Source of the DNA: a virus | DNA length: 64,000 nucleotides | IMG/VR virus record: IMGVR_UViG_3300050011_000542 | Location: 1-64,000 of that record | Direction: 5' to 3' (one strand) | Shown here: in pieces, positions 19,385 through 29,539 of the stretch | Position numbering within the stretch: position 1 is the stretch's first letter | How the letters are laid out: every line of letters starts with the position of its first letter | Notes under the pieces: model-generated | The model's database searches: none | Told to the model about the DNA's origin: nothing | Seen by the model: only the letters and a program-made list of their open reading frames with translations | Program-made: the position numbers and the translations under genes

Positions 19385-20371
19385 ATGGCTGGTAATTCGG
19401 AACTTCTGAAAAAGGCTGATCTGGCACTTTCTGATCTGTCTTCGGGAGGCTCGCTCAATCCTGAACAGTCGGCGATGTTTATTCGCAAGCTGATCAAGGA
19501 GCCGACGCTGCTGAAGCAGGCTCGTATCATCGAGATGCTGGCGCCGCAGCGGAAGATCAACAAGATCGGTTTCGCCCAGCGCATCCTGCGTGCCGCGACC
19601 TCCGCGACTGCACTGCCGCAGAACGGCGCCGGTGCCCTCGGTGGCCGGGCAAAGCCGACGACTTCGCAGATTTCCTTAAATACCAAGGAAGTCATCGCCG
19701 AGGTGCGGTTGCCCTACGATGTGTTGGAAGACAACATCGAACGCGCTCAGACTGCGGACAACGGCCTGCCGAATACCGGCCCCGGTGGTCTGCGTGAGAC
19801 GCTGGTTTCCATGATTGCCGAGCGTGCTGCGCTCGATGTCGAGGAGCTGGCGCTGCTGGGTGATACGGCTTACACCAACGGTGGAGACTCGGACGATCAG
19901 GCGTATCTCACCCTGGTCACCGGCTACATCAAGAACGCCAATGCCAACGGCCATGTGGTCGACAACGCCTCGGCGACCATCAGCAAGACCATGTTCAAGA
20001 ATGGTCTCAAGGCGATGCCTCCGCAGTTCCTGCGCAATCGCCTGGCGATGCGGCACTTCGTCTCCGTCAACCAGGAGACCGAATACCGGGATACTCTCTC
20101 GGATCGTGTCGGCCAGCTGGGTGACAGCCACGTTACCGGCTACAACGCCTGCTTTGCTTACGGCGTCCCGGTTCAGCCTGTCGCGCTCATGCCCGAAGCC
20201 AAGGGCCTGTTCACGAATCCGCTGAACTTCATCGTTGGGGTCGAGCGTAATCTGTCGATGGAGTACGACAAGGACATCACATCTCGTGTCTACATCATCG
20301 TCCTGACCATGCGCCTCGATGTGCAGGTCGAGGAAACGGACGCGCTTATCGAGTATATCAACATAGCGTAG
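19385..20371 (+). CDS. Major capsid protein (XkdG-like, HK97 fold)
   Basis: GGSLNPEQSAMFI, YDVLEDNIE, ALDVEELALLGD; strong codon bias; followed by a terminator. Confidence 0.9.
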   Translation: MAGNSELLKKADLALSDLSSGGSLNPEQSAMFIRKLIKEPTLLKQARIIEMLAPQRKINKIGFAQRILRAATSATALPQNGAGALGGRAKPTTSQISLNTKEVIAEVRLPYDVLEDNIERAQTADNGLPNTGPGGLRETLVSMIAERAALDVEELALLGDTAYTNGGDSDDQAYLTLVTGYIKNANANGHVVDNASATISKTMFKNGLKAMPPQFLRNRLAMRHFVSVNQETEYRDTLSDRVGQLGDSHVTGYNACFAYGVPVQPVALMPEAKGLFTNPLNFIVGVERNLSMEYDKDITSRVYIIVLTMRLDVQVEETDALIEYINIA

Positions 20372-20393
20372 GACGTTTAAGCGATAGGGAGCT

Positions 20394-20429
20394 AGGGCTG
20401 CCTGCCTCGTGTGGGCGGCCCTTTTTCTT
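20394..20429 (+). terminator. Rho-independent terminator after MCP
   Basis: AGGGCTGCCTGC-loop-GTGGGCGGCCCT stem (with G-U pairs) followed by TTTTCTT. Confidence 0.8.
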
Positions 20430-20464
20430 GCTGCAATCGATTGCAATAACCACGGATGGTAACA

Positions 20465-20827
20465 ATGGCCCAGGTTACTCTTGTGAGCCCGAATAGCTAT
20501 TCGACGCCCACACGCACCTTCTATAAAGGTGACACCATTTCGATGCCAAATGACGAGGCCAAATATTTCTCTGATAACCCGCACTTTGAAGTGCGTATGG
20601 ACGCGGTGCTCGTAGCCCCACCCGCTGAGCCTTTGGCTCAAGAAATTAAGACCCCTGAAGAGCTTGCAGCGGAGGCCGCAGCAGCCACTGCGACTGCTCC
20701 GGCTGCCCCTGTTCGTATGACTGTCAAGGTCGGGGCTAAGGTTGCAGAGCTTGCTTCGGAACTGGCGAAAGCCGAGGCCGAAGACGAAGCGGCCGACGAT
20801 ACCAAGGGGGGAGCGGTTTCCGCCTAG
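20465..20827 (+). CDS. Hypothetical head-associated protein
   Basis: ORF after MCP, Ala/Glu-rich tail. Confidence 0.65.
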   Translation: MAQVTLVSPNSYSTPTRTFYKGDTISMPNDEAKYFSDNPHFEVRMDAVLVAPPAEPLAQEIKTPEELAAEAAAATATAPAAPVRMTVKVGAKVAELASELAKAEAEDEAADDTKGGAVSA

Positions 20828-20830
20828 TCC

Positions 20831-21520
20831 ATGTATCTTATCGGCACCACAGATGCACTAGCTGACCTGGGCGTTGATAACACGGTTGATCTAAAGGAGG
20901 GCACTGTCCTCGCTCTGGAAGCCGCAACGGCCCAGCTTACTGGTGATTTGCGGAACGGGTCATTCGACAGGGTGACCCGCACCGATATCTTCTGGGTGGA
21001 TGTTAGACTTCTGTTGACTCCAGTGCTCCGGGGCGAGCTCAAGCTCACCTCCGGGTTCGTGGACAAGAATCAGACCTTTACGATTGTTGCCGGGTCCGAC
21101 TGGAACGACCTCACCAACACCCCGCCTGTAGATCCGTACCTGAATTTCACGGCCCAGCTAGGGGCCACGCTCGATATCACTCAGTACGTCACGATCGACT
21201 ACGAAGCCGGCAAGGTCTCCTTGACCGGCATGTGGCTCGACATGTTTCCGTGGATTAAAGTTACTTATACGGCTGGTTTTGCTCCTTTTGGTGGAAGCCC
21301 CGCTGAGACTGATTTGTACGACCCCGCCCAGGTTCCTACATGGCTGCAAAAGCTATGCTTGATGGGGGCTCGTTGCTTGTTGGCCGACACAATACCGTCT
21401 AAGGAAAGCGGACAGAAGACTGACCCGTCACGGCTGGTGCGGGCCTATAATACGGCGGTTGGCGCGAAGTCCCGGTACATGCCTGGGGCGACGTTGCCAA
21501 TGTCCAGCCAGCTCGCATGA
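20831..21520 (+). CDS. Probable head-tail adaptor
   Basis: Position; IKVTYTAGF...VP motif typical of adaptor proteins. Confidence 0.6.
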   Translation: MYLIGTTDALADLGVDNTVDLKEGTVLALEAATAQLTGDLRNGSFDRVTRTDIFWVDVRLLLTPVLRGELKLTSGFVDKNQTFTIVAGSDWNDLTNTPPVDPYLNFTAQLGATLDITQYVTIDYEAGKVSLTGMWLDMFPWIKVTYTAGFAPFGGSPAETDLYDPAQVPTWLQKLCLMGARCLLADTIPSKESGQKTDPSRLVRAYNTAVGAKSRYMPGATLPMSSQLA

Positions 21521-22152
21521 TCACCCTAGAGATCGACGGGCGCCCGTACAGCGATGCTGCGGGGGGTCTACGGCAGCTTGCTCGGCAGTTTGAGACTGCT
21601 CCTAATAGAGCCGCGCCCCGGATTGCTAAAGACCTGGACGAGTATCTACACATGATCGGGGCAAAGCTGGCCCAGAGGCACAGTGCTTCGTACCCGAATG
21701 CTTCAAGTGATCGTCTCGCTCGGCGCACCGGGGAATTGGTTGCGGCCCTGACAGACGGTATTCGTGTAACTAGCGCTGAGTCGATCGGTAATATCTCCGG
21801 GGAATTTCAGCTTCCAGACTATGCCGGCATCCAAGAGACTGGCGGTGTGATCGCTGGTAGGGCTGGTAATTACCTGGCCATCCCCTTGCCGGCCGCCTTA
21901 CGGGCTGATGGCACGCCGATCATGGCCCGGCCCAGAGACTGGGATAACACCTTCACGGCAATGTCTCGTAGAGGAAACTTGATCCTCTTTCGTCGTACAG
22001 GCCGGGGCAGGGTGGTGCCCCTCTATGTTCTAAAGCGACAAGTGGCTGTACCGCCCCGGTTGGGCCTGGTCGACACCATCGAGACCGACATGGGGTACTT
22101 CGTTGATAAGGCGATGACCTCGATCCTCAACGCCATATTGGAACTGGCATGA
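21517..22152 (+). CDS. Probable neck/tail completion protein
   Basis: RRTGEL, YAGIQETGGVI, YLAIPL, LYVLKRQVAVPPR motifs; position. Confidence 0.6.
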   Translation: MITLEIDGRPYSDAAGGLRQLARQFETAPNRAAPRIAKDLDEYLHMIGAKLAQRHSASYPNASSDRLARRTGELVAALTDGIRVTSAESIGNISGEFQLPDYAGIQETGGVIAGRAGNYLAIPLPAALRADGTPIMARPRDWDNTFTAMSRRGNLILFRRTGRGRVVPLYVLKRQVAVPPRLGLVDTIETDMGYFVDKAMTSILNAILELA

Positions 22153-22616
22153 CCGATACCGTTCGCCAGACCGTAATGGCGTATTTGACCAATCAGTTTA
22201 AGACGATTGTCGCCGGCTCTCCGGGTGGTGACCCTTATACCGTCCAGTGGACTCGTGTCGAGAATGCCCCGTTCGAGTACACGGCTGGCAAGAAAGCCTT
22301 TGCTCTGGTTATTCAAGATGTGACCGAGAAGAAGGTTCAAGAGATTGGCATCTACGATTGCACGATGAAAGTCGTGTTTGAATTCTATGCTTATACGGCG
22401 ACAGACTCTGACCGCTCTGCCATGGGTAGGATTATTCTTGGTGAAATAGAGAGACGTATTGGCGAAGACCCGTCTCTGGGCGGTCACGCCATCACCATGT
22501 ACGAAACCGCTAATGACGTGAAGGTAGACTCCCCTGACGTTCATGAAATATGTGGGGTGGTTTACTACGATCTGCGCTATCGCCATTCAATACGCGATCC
22601 CCGAAAGGTCGCGTAG
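22149..22616 (+). CDS. Probable tail terminator
   Basis: Position; DPSLGG motif. Confidence 0.55.
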   Translation: MTDTVRQTVMAYLTNQFKTIVAGSPGGDPYTVQWTRVENAPFEYTAGKKAFALVIQDVTEKKVQEIGIYDCTMKVVFEFYAYTATDSDRSAMGRIILGEIERRIGEDPSLGGHAITMYETANDVKVDSPDVHEICGVVYYDLRYRHSIRDPRKVA

Positions 22617-22654
22617 AGCCTGCAATCAATTGCAATTGGGCCACGGAGGGCACC

Positions 22655-22852
22655 ATGGACGACCTAAAGAACCTAGAGCCAGAAGCAGACTCCGTTATGG
22701 AGGTGTCAGCTGCGGCCCCGGAGGCACCGGCCCCGACTGGGAAACCGATTACCCAGGAGGACCATGTTCCACCCGGCGTAGGCGGCGAATTTGTGCTCCT
22801 GCCCAATGGCATTCGTGTCACGGCAGCTCGTTACGAGGAGTCACTTAAATGA
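22655..22852 (+). CDS. Hypothetical protein
   Basis: ATG after the GCC-ACGGAG-GGC hairpin. Confidence 0.6.
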   Translation: MDDLKNLEPEADSVMEVSAAAPEAPAPTGKPITQEDHVPPGVGGEFVLLPNGIRVTAARYEESLK

Positions 22853-23610
22853 CCACGCCTGTTGTCAAGCTTGAAACTTTTTCTGCCCTCAGCAAGCTTT
22901 ATAGCAAGGGGCCTTTTGGTCTGGCCGCTATCGTGCGGAGCATTCTGCAGGTGCAGGCCAAGAACGCTGCGTCCCTGATCACGGTTCTTACCGATAGCTC
23001 GACTGGCACCAGCGGTGGCAACACGGTTGGTGCGGTTCCGTCTTCGCTTGCTGTTACCGTAGGCGGCGGGTCTGTCCTGGCCCCGAAGGCTGGGTGGGAT
23101 ACCGACTGGGCCGAAATCCGCAATGGTGTTGCTACGCTGGCGGCTCAGTATAACGCCATTCAAGCTGTCATCCCGGTCGGGGCGATCACCGATAGCACCG
23201 GAGGCACCTCTGGTGGCGCGACTGTTGGGGCAATCAGCCATGCCATGGCGGCTGTGGATGGGACCGCGAGCAATGCTCTGGCCCAGGCTCAGGTTACGGC
23301 TGACGCTGCCGTGCTTCAGGCCAACATCTCAGAGCTGACCTTCTGGGTGAACAAGCTCTGCACTGCGACAGGCACGACTCCGCTGGTGGACAGCACTGGC
23401 GCTGCCAGTGTGCTTCGCTCCGGCACCTTGGTTGCTATGCACGCCAGTTCGGCTGCCGGCGTTGATGGGACTGGCAATTCGGTGCTCAACACCGTAGCCA
23501 ACACTTTCCTCACCGATGCGGCAAACGCTATTGCCACGTTGGCGGCGAAGCTGAACGCGATCGTGGCTCATTCCGGGGGTTACCTGGTTCTTGGTGCGGT
23601 GGCTGGTTAA
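22849..23610 (+). CDS. Probable virion structural protein with internal repeats
   Basis: Ala/Thr/Gly-rich, repeated (T/V)DS(S/T)(T)GG units and NAIATLAAKLN-like segments. Confidence 0.55.
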   Translation: MTTPVVKLETFSALSKLYSKGPFGLAAIVRSILQVQAKNAASLITVLTDSSTGTSGGNTVGAVPSSLAVTVGGGSVLAPKAGWDTDWAEIRNGVATLAAQYNAIQAVIPVGAITDSTGGTSGGATVGAISHAMAAVDGTASNALAQAQVTADAAVLQANISELTFWVNKLCTATGTTPLVDSTGAASVLRSGTLVAMHASSAAGVDGTGNSVLNTVANTFLTDAANAIATLAAKLNAIVAHSGGYLVLGAVAG

Positions 23611-23640
23611 TCTGGCCACTCCCACGGAGGGATTTAGACG

Positions 23641-24900
23641 ATGCTCGTCGTACAACGCACCCTGCTTACTGCCAAGGTCGAAAGCACCTACGGTGTCGAC
23701 GCTTCGCCGTCGACTGCTAACGACTGCTTCTTGGTCAGCAATCCTGACTTTACGTTCGTAGGCAATGTGCTGGAGCGCAATTTCATTCGCCGTAACTTCT
23801 CGCAGCTGCCCCACGTCATGGGCCTGCACATGGCGAAGATTAAGTTCGAGCATGAAATCCGTGGTAACGGCCTGGAGCAGTCTGGGATTATCACCGATGC
23901 CCCGCGTCTAGGCCGCCTGCTGCAGGGTTGCGGGTTTTCGGCGACTGCCATGGCCGCTGACGGTGTGATTTGGGGTCCGTATCCCATTCGTCCGTCCGGG
24001 GCCGCGTCGATTGTTACGGCGGTAGGTAGCTCGTCCGCGCCGACCAATACCGAGTCGGTTGGTTACAGCATCATCGTGACAACCCCTGGTGTGTCTGCTA
24101 CGGCGGCTGTTACCATCACACCAGACGACTTGGCCCTAGATACCGTTCAGACGGGCGTCGTGGTTACCAGCGGCACGCCCTTTGCGGTTGGGGCTCTGGG
24201 CGCTCACGCGACCCTGACCTGGGCTGGCAGCCTGGTTAACGGCTGGGGCTGGCAGATGTCCTTGATGAAAAAGGGCACCCGCTACGATCCGGTGTCGACC
24301 GCCCAGCAGTCGCTGACGATCAAATTCTATTTGGACGGCATCCTGCACAGCCTCACCGGCTGCTTCGGCACGTTCTCGATGCAGGCTGACGCCGGCAAGT
24401 ACGCCAATGGCACGTTCGAGTTTACCGGGTTTTATAATCCGGTGGTCGATACCGCGTTCCCGACCGACAGCGTGTACGAGACACAGCTACCGGCAATGGT
24501 CGAGCTCGGCAAGCTCACGATCGACAAGGGCTTCCAGGGCGTCGTGTCGATGTTCAGCTTCGATCTGCAGAACACGATCAGCCAGCGCGACGACATCAAC
24601 TCGGCGAACGGCCTGAAGGCTATCCGTATCACCGACCGCAAGCCCAAGGGCGGGATCGACCCAGAAGGCGAGCTGGTGGCTACCGAGGATTTCTGGGGTC
24701 AGCTGGTTGGGGCTACGCAGATGCCGCTCCAGATCCGCATCGGAACGGTGCTGGGTAATACGGTGCGTCTCTTGGCTCCGAACACCCAGTACGCTGGCAT
24801 CACCTACAAGACTCTGAATGATATCCGGCACAACGACATCGCGCTGGAGTTCCGTTCAGGGCCTCTCGGTAATGACGAGGTAATGTTCGCCTTTATGTAG
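23641..24900 (+). CDS. Major tail tube protein with inserted domain
   Basis: AKVESTYGVDA, LERNFIR, RLLQGCG, GCFGTF, FEFTG; upstream of chaperones and TMP. Confidence 0.8.
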   Translation: MLVVQRTLLTAKVESTYGVDASPSTANDCFLVSNPDFTFVGNVLERNFIRRNFSQLPHVMGLHMAKIKFEHEIRGNGLEQSGIITDAPRLGRLLQGCGFSATAMAADGVIWGPYPIRPSGAASIVTAVGSSSAPTNTESVGYSIIVTTPGVSATAAVTITPDDLALDTVQTGVVVTSGTPFAVGALGAHATLTWAGSLVNGWGWQMSLMKKGTRYDPVSTAQQSLTIKFYLDGILHSLTGCFGTFSMQADAGKYANGTFEFTGFYNPVVDTAFPTDSVYETQLPAMVELGKLTIDKGFQGVVSMFSFDLQNTISQRDDINSANGLKAIRITDRKPKGGIDPEGELVATEDFWGQLVGATQMPLQIRIGTVLGNTVRLLAPNTQYAGITYKTLNDIRHNDIALEFRSGPLGNDEVMFAFM

Positions 24901-24911
24901 TTTCGAGAGTT

Positions 24912-25100
24912 GTGGAAGAGTCGTCTGAATACTCGACGACATACGATGCTGCTCCAGAGCTGCGTCATCTCATCTGGAATCCACATCTGAGCACGAGCCC
25001 TGATGTGGCTTGTATGCTCCTCCTCGCTCTCATCTCTGCTCTCGTTATCATTGCTTTTTGGGATCTGCTTATGATCCTCGATAAGCGACCGAAACGTTAG
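24912..25100 (+). CDS. Small putative membrane protein
   Basis: One hydrophobic helix; weak RBS. Confidence 0.35.
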   Translation: MEESSEYSTTYDAAPELRHLIWNPHLSTSPDVACMLLLALISALVIIAFWDLLMILDKRPKR

Positions 25101-25127
25101 AGGTTGAGATAGCCATGGAGGGCGCAA

Positions 25128-25547
25128 GTGGGTGTTCGTGCAATCACGGTCGGTCAGACCAAGAATTACGTGTCGGAGAGTGACCCTGATAAGGGCACTG
25201 ACAAAGAAACTGTTTTCGAGATCGGGGCACTTGACGTATTCGTAAATGCCCAGCTTACCGATCAATCGACCGTGTTTCATGACGGCGGCGCGTCTATCCA
25301 CACCCAGACGCTTGCCCTGTCCCGTGTGCGCTTTGGTTTGAAGAGCCTGCGCAACTTCCGCACTGCCGATAACAAGGTTGTCGCCTTTAAGACCGAAGAC
25401 GTTCAGCTCGGGGCGAGGACTTACAAGGTTGTCTCCGACGAGATCATCATGAAGATGGACCCGGAGCTGATTAATGAGCTTGCCAGGGCCATTACCGACT
25501 ACAACACGGTGCCCCCGGACGAAGCAAAAAACTCCGCAAAGGCGTAA
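25128..25547 (+). CDS. Tail assembly chaperone (gpG analogue)
   Basis: Between tube and TMP; ends with slippery A AAA AAC. Confidence 0.8.
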   Translation: MGVRAITVGQTKNYVSESDPDKGTDKETVFEIGALDVFVNAQLTDQSTVFHDGGASIHTQTLALSRVRFGLKSLRNFRTADNKVVAFKTEDVQLGARTYKVVSDEIIMKMDPELINELARAITDYNTVPPDEAKNSAKA

Positions 25548-25951
25548 TCGCGCTTTCTCTCTTCAGGGATCGCAATTGCGCCACATGCGAGTCGGCCCAG
25601 AAGGTCTTATGGGGCTGTACTGCTAAGAAACAGCCAGACGGAACCTGGCTAAACCCGGCTCGCATGCCGCAAATTATCGACGGTGAAGAAGACTGGGCCT
25701 GTCCACGGCAGGGTATTCGCGAGAACCCAGCCTACTGGCAGCAGCTACTGTTCTTCTACAATAACTACAAGTCCGGCTTCCTTCCTGATCCGGGGGCGCT
25801 ATCGGAACAGTGTGCCCGCCTTATGACTATCGTTTCGATACTGTCGGCTACGTTTGATGAAGCCGATGAGGAGCTTTCCGATCAGCGGCGCCGGCAGATG
25901 GTAAGCGCCGCCTCTGCGGCTAACCAAGCCCAGGCCGGCCAGAGAAGGTAG
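25526..25951 (+). CDS. -1 frameshift extension of tail assembly chaperone (gpGT analogue)
   Basis: -1 frame is open from the slippery heptamer 25526-25532 through ORF 25664..25951, up to the TMP start. Confidence 0.75.
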   Translation, partial: KKLRKGVIALSLFRDRNCATCESAQKVLWGCTAKKQPDGTWLNPARMPQIIDGEEDWACPRQGIRENPAYWQQLLFFYNNYKSGFLPDPGALSEQCARLMTIVSILSATFDEADEELSDQRRRQMVSAASAANQAQAGQRR

Positions 25952-28900
25952 ATGCCGGACTCAAAGCAAATCACTCTGATCATGCAAATGCGCGACGAGC
26001 TGTCGTCTGCATTGCAGAAACAGGGCCAGTCGATCGATGCTTTGTCCGCCAAGGTCAATGCTCTTGACTCGTCTTTGAACCGGGTGGCAGCTCGTCAGGT
26101 TACGCTGGCCCAGCAAACCAAGAGCCTGGGCACGGCCCTGCAGGGCAACACCTCGGCTCTTACCCAGCTGACCAACGCCCAGACCACGCATAGCAATGTA
26201 CTGCAATCGGTTGCAACGAATACCAAGGGTGTAACCAGTGCAGCTGTAGCCGGGGCGGCAGCGGCTCGTACCGGCAGCACGGCGGCCAATCAGCAAACTA
26301 CAGCTGTAAAAGCTTTAGGAGCCGCTCACGGTTCGGCCGCCATCAGGTTCCGTGAAACCCTGGTGCTGTTGCGAGAGTTCGGCCGGGGCAACACCAGCCA
26401 GATGCTGGGCTCGGCCTCGATCCTGTTTAACCAGGGCTTTAAGGTTCCTCCGCAGTTGTTCCTGCTCGGGGCGGTTATCCTCGGGGCCGGGGCCGCTTTC
26501 GTTTATTTCGAAGACAAAGGCTCTAAGGCGTTCAAAAATGTCGCTGAGGCTGCCAAACAGATGGGCAGTGCGATCGGGCTGTCGACCTCGCAGCTCTCTC
26601 AGCAAGCCGATAAAATTGCTACTTCCGGCCAGTTTAGCATCGCAGACACCCGCAATCTTCAAGCCCAGGCGCTTCGCGCTGGAGTTATTAGTCCGCAGGC
26701 TCTAGAAGGCATTCTTGCCAACTCGCACAACTTCGCGGCCCTAACTGGACAGACTCAAGCAGCAGGAAACAAGCAGCTTACGGAAATGATTGGAGACCCG
26801 TCTAAGGGTCTCAAAGAACTTAGCACTGTTATACCGATCTTGACCGCAAAGGAGCAGGATCTAGTCCACAAGCTTATTCAGCACAATGAAATAACCCAGG
26901 CCCAAACCGTTCTTATGGACGCTTTGACCCAAAAATCTAAAGGAGCGGCTGATGAAGGTCTTGGGTATCTTGGCCGGGCCATCGATAGTCTGAAGAAGAA
27001 AGCGTCTGAAGTCGGCAATGCCATCATGAATGCTGGCGTGCCGAGCTCTAGCGGGGACGCTGATCGGTTGCTTCAGACACTACGAAACCAGACTGCTACA
27101 GCTGCTCGGGCCGGGGACGCCTCCGGCCTACCAGTGGCTTTTGGGAGTCCAGGGGGGCTACCTTCGTCCTCTGACATATTGGCTCGTCGCCGGGCTTTGC
27201 TTGGAACAGAAGGCCCAGAAGCTGGTGGACCGGCCATTAGTCCTGAATTGCAAAGGCTGACTCACGAGCTGGTTGCTGCGGTTTATCAGAACGAGTCGGG
27301 TAGTGGCCAAAACAACAGCATCCATACGATTAATGGCCAGCGCATCGGCGGCCCAATGCAAATTGCAGAGGGGACTGGCGCACCATATTTGAAGCCTGGA
27401 GAAGACCTCTTTAATTTCAATACCAATATGCGTGTGAGTACGCAGATTCTCCAAGACTACATCGTCAAATACAAGGACGTAGACAAGGCGCTAATTGCCT
27501 ATAACGCTGGGCCTAAATATGTCAATACGCCTCATGATCAGTTGTCCCAGGAAATTCAGAAATATCTAGATCAGGCTCATCAATACATATCCGCAGCTGG
27601 TAATGTTACCGGGACTAGCGAAGGTGGCGAACAAGCAGCGATGATCTCTGCTGTGCGAGCTTATGTTCATGGAGTGGATAGAGCCCAAGGAGATTCCACT
27701 ACTGCCAAGGCAGTTGACGCCTATAGGCAGTCAAAAGAGAAATTCGACGCATCAGATCCAAAAGAGCGCGCCTTTAACGAAGGTACCTCTATTTATAGTC
27801 GTGCGAGAGACGCGCTGAATGCACCTGGTCTTAGCGATGAAGATAAAAAGAACTTACAACTTCTGCAGAGCCGTGGAGATTTTCAGCGCCACACAGCCAT
27901 CTCCGATACCGAGCGTCAGAGGCTAGTGACCCAGGCCGAGACCAAAGCCGGAGGCATGCCTCCACAGCAGGCCCAGGAATATCTTGCCGGCCGCCTGAAG
28001 GAGATTGAGCTCCTCGGAACCCTGCACAGCCAGGAAGAGGTAGAGGCCGCGTCTAAGGCCGCTATGGCGCGGGTAGCGCGAGAGCACGCATCAGCCCTTA
28101 AACTGACAAACCTAGAGCTGGCAGCCTCTACAGACGGCCTGAAGAAGGAAGCAGCGGCATACGCTGTGAGTCAGGCCGAAGGCATCCGTGCGGCGGCCCA
28201 GCGTGAAGCCAATATGAAGGGTTTGCAGAACGACGGTATTAGTCCGGACGTTCGAACTAATCAGTTGTTGGCCGAGGGGTCGGCCAAGGCTTTGTCTACG
28301 CTAAATCAGCAAGTGGTTAAGAGCAACGAAGCGGCCGAGGCCGCTCTAAAGCTCGCCGGGGCCACTAACATCAGTGTGGTGGAACAGAAAAAACAGGAAG
28401 TTCAGAACCGTGCCACGGCTGCCTCGGCTGATGCTATGGCACACGCGCTCTCCTTGGCCACTGACGCGGAGAGAGCTGCTGCAGTTGCCCAGGTTACAGT
28501 TGCTCGGGATAAACTAGCTACAAACTTCAAGACCGAGGAAAATTCTAAGGAAACCGTCGACTTCAATAAGTCGATGGCTCACGCCAAGGAGCAGTTAGCA
28601 ATTAATGAGGCCGAATATAAAGCTGTCCAGGACGGTTCCAAAGGAGCCAAGGAACAAGTAGACATCCTGAAGGCAAAGTTTGCCTTGCAGCAGCAATTTC
28701 CGAATATGACCGATGAAGAGGCAAAAGCCTGGGTAGAAGTTAATAAGCAAATAGGGGCGGTACACGATAAGACGCTGAAAGCAGAGGAGGCTCTTAAGCC
28801 GTATCAGGAGCTGACTAAGCAGATTGAGAGCTCGATGAATTCGGTGTTTGACAGCTTGCTTACGAACGGCACGCGCAGCATGCAGAACATCCGGCGCCTG

Positions 28901-29539
28901 GTCGGCGACTCCATGAGAAAAATTGCTTCAGATATCGCCAATACCTTCGTCTTTAAACCACTTGAAAACGGTATTGCCTCACAACTATTCGGTAGTGGTG
29001 TAGTCCCAGGCGGATCTGCTGCCGGGGCTACTGGGGGTCTTTTTAGCGGAGCTACAGGGGCAGCCGGTGGTGGTTTATTGGGCGGTGCTTTTAGTTGGTT
29101 GCATGGCCTTGTAAGTGGTGGGGCCGGAAGTAGCCTCTCTGCTGCGGCGCTTAGCGACGAGGGCTTTGCCCACGGCGGGGCTTTCACGAACGGCATTCGC
29201 TGGATGGCCCAGGGCGATATCGTTAATTCGCCGACGCTTATTGGTCGGGTAGGTAGCAAGGCAGGGGTAGCCGGTGAGGCTGGGCCAGAGGCCGTGCTAC
29301 CGTTGTCGCGCGATAAGTCGGGCAACCTTGGTGTCGCTTCGTCTGGGCACGGCGCTGCCTTTTCCCCGACCGTAATCATCAACAACAATGCCCCTGGCGG
29401 GGACAAGCGACAAAACGCCGACGCAGCGGCCCAGTCGGCGGCTGCGGTGCAGCACGCTCTAAATGCCATGTTCACCAGCGGTGTGCGTAACGAGCAGCGC
29501 CCCGGTGGCATGCTTAACCAGATGAGTCAGCTGTCATGA
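25952..29539 (+). CDS. Tape measure protein with lytic transglycosylase (SLT) domain
   Basis: 1195 aa, Ala-rich helical; NESG...GPMQI...IAYNAGP SLT motifs; C-terminal FAHGG...AGEAGPEAVLPL. Confidence 0.92.
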   Translation: MPDSKQITLIMQMRDELSSALQKQGQSIDALSAKVNALDSSLNRVAARQVTLAQQTKSLGTALQGNTSALTQLTNAQTTHSNVLQSVATNTKGVTSAAVAGAAAARTGSTAANQQTTAVKALGAAHGSAAIRFRETLVLLREFGRGNTSQMLGSASILFNQGFKVPPQLFLLGAVILGAGAAFVYFEDKGSKAFKNVAEAAKQMGSAIGLSTSQLSQQADKIATSGQFSIADTRNLQAQALRAGVISPQALEGILANSHNFAALTGQTQAAGNKQLTEMIGDPSKGLKELSTVIPILTAKEQDLVHKLIQHNEITQAQTVLMDALTQKSKGAADEGLGYLGRAIDSLKKKASEVGNAIMNAGVPSSSGDADRLLQTLRNQTATAARAGDASGLPVAFGSPGGLPSSSDILARRRALLGTEGPEAGGPAISPELQRLTHELVAAVYQNESGSGQNNSIHTINGQRIGGPMQIAEGTGAPYLKPGEDLFNFNTNMRVSTQILQDYIVKYKDVDKALIAYNAGPKYVNTPHDQLSQEIQKYLDQAHQYISAAGNVTGTSEGGEQAAMISAVRAYVHGVDRAQGDSTTAKAVDAYRQSKEKFDASDPKERAFNEGTSIYSRARDALNAPGLSDEDKKNLQLLQSRGDFQRHTAISDTERQRLVTQAETKAGGMPPQQAQEYLAGRLKEIELLGTLHSQEEVEAASKAAMARVAREHASALKLTNLELAASTDGLKKEAAAYAVSQAEGIRAAAQREANMKGLQNDGISPDVRTNQLLAEGSAKALSTLNQQVVKSNEAAEAALKLAGATNISVVEQKKQEVQNRATAASADAMAHALSLATDAERAAAVAQVTVARDKLATNFKTEENSKETVDFNKSMAHAKEQLAINEAEYKAVQDGSKGAKEQVDILKAKFALQQQFPNMTDEEAKAWVEVNKQIGAVHDKTLKAEEALKPYQELTKQIESSMNSVFDSLLTNGTRSMQNIRRLVGDSMRKIASDIANTFVFKPLENGIASQLFGSGVVPGGSAAGATGGLFSGATGAAGGGLLGGAFSWLHGLVSGGAGSSLSAAALSDEGFAHGGAFTNGIRWMAQGDIVNSPTLIGRVGSKAGVAGEAGPEAVLPLSRDKSGNLGVASSGHGAAFSPTVIINNNAPGGDKRQNADAAAQSAAAVQHALNAMFTSGVRNEQRPGGMLNQMSQLS

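Noticed and set aside
17964-20641. Long minus-strand ORFs (17964..18941, 19676..20641) and similar antisense ORFs elsewhere
   Set aside because: Shadows of strongly codon-biased plus-strand genes; no motifs or RBS
23641-24900. Contractile tail sheath
   Set aside because: Motifs are tube-like, tail tip is lambda M/L/K/I/J type, and no baseplate genes are present
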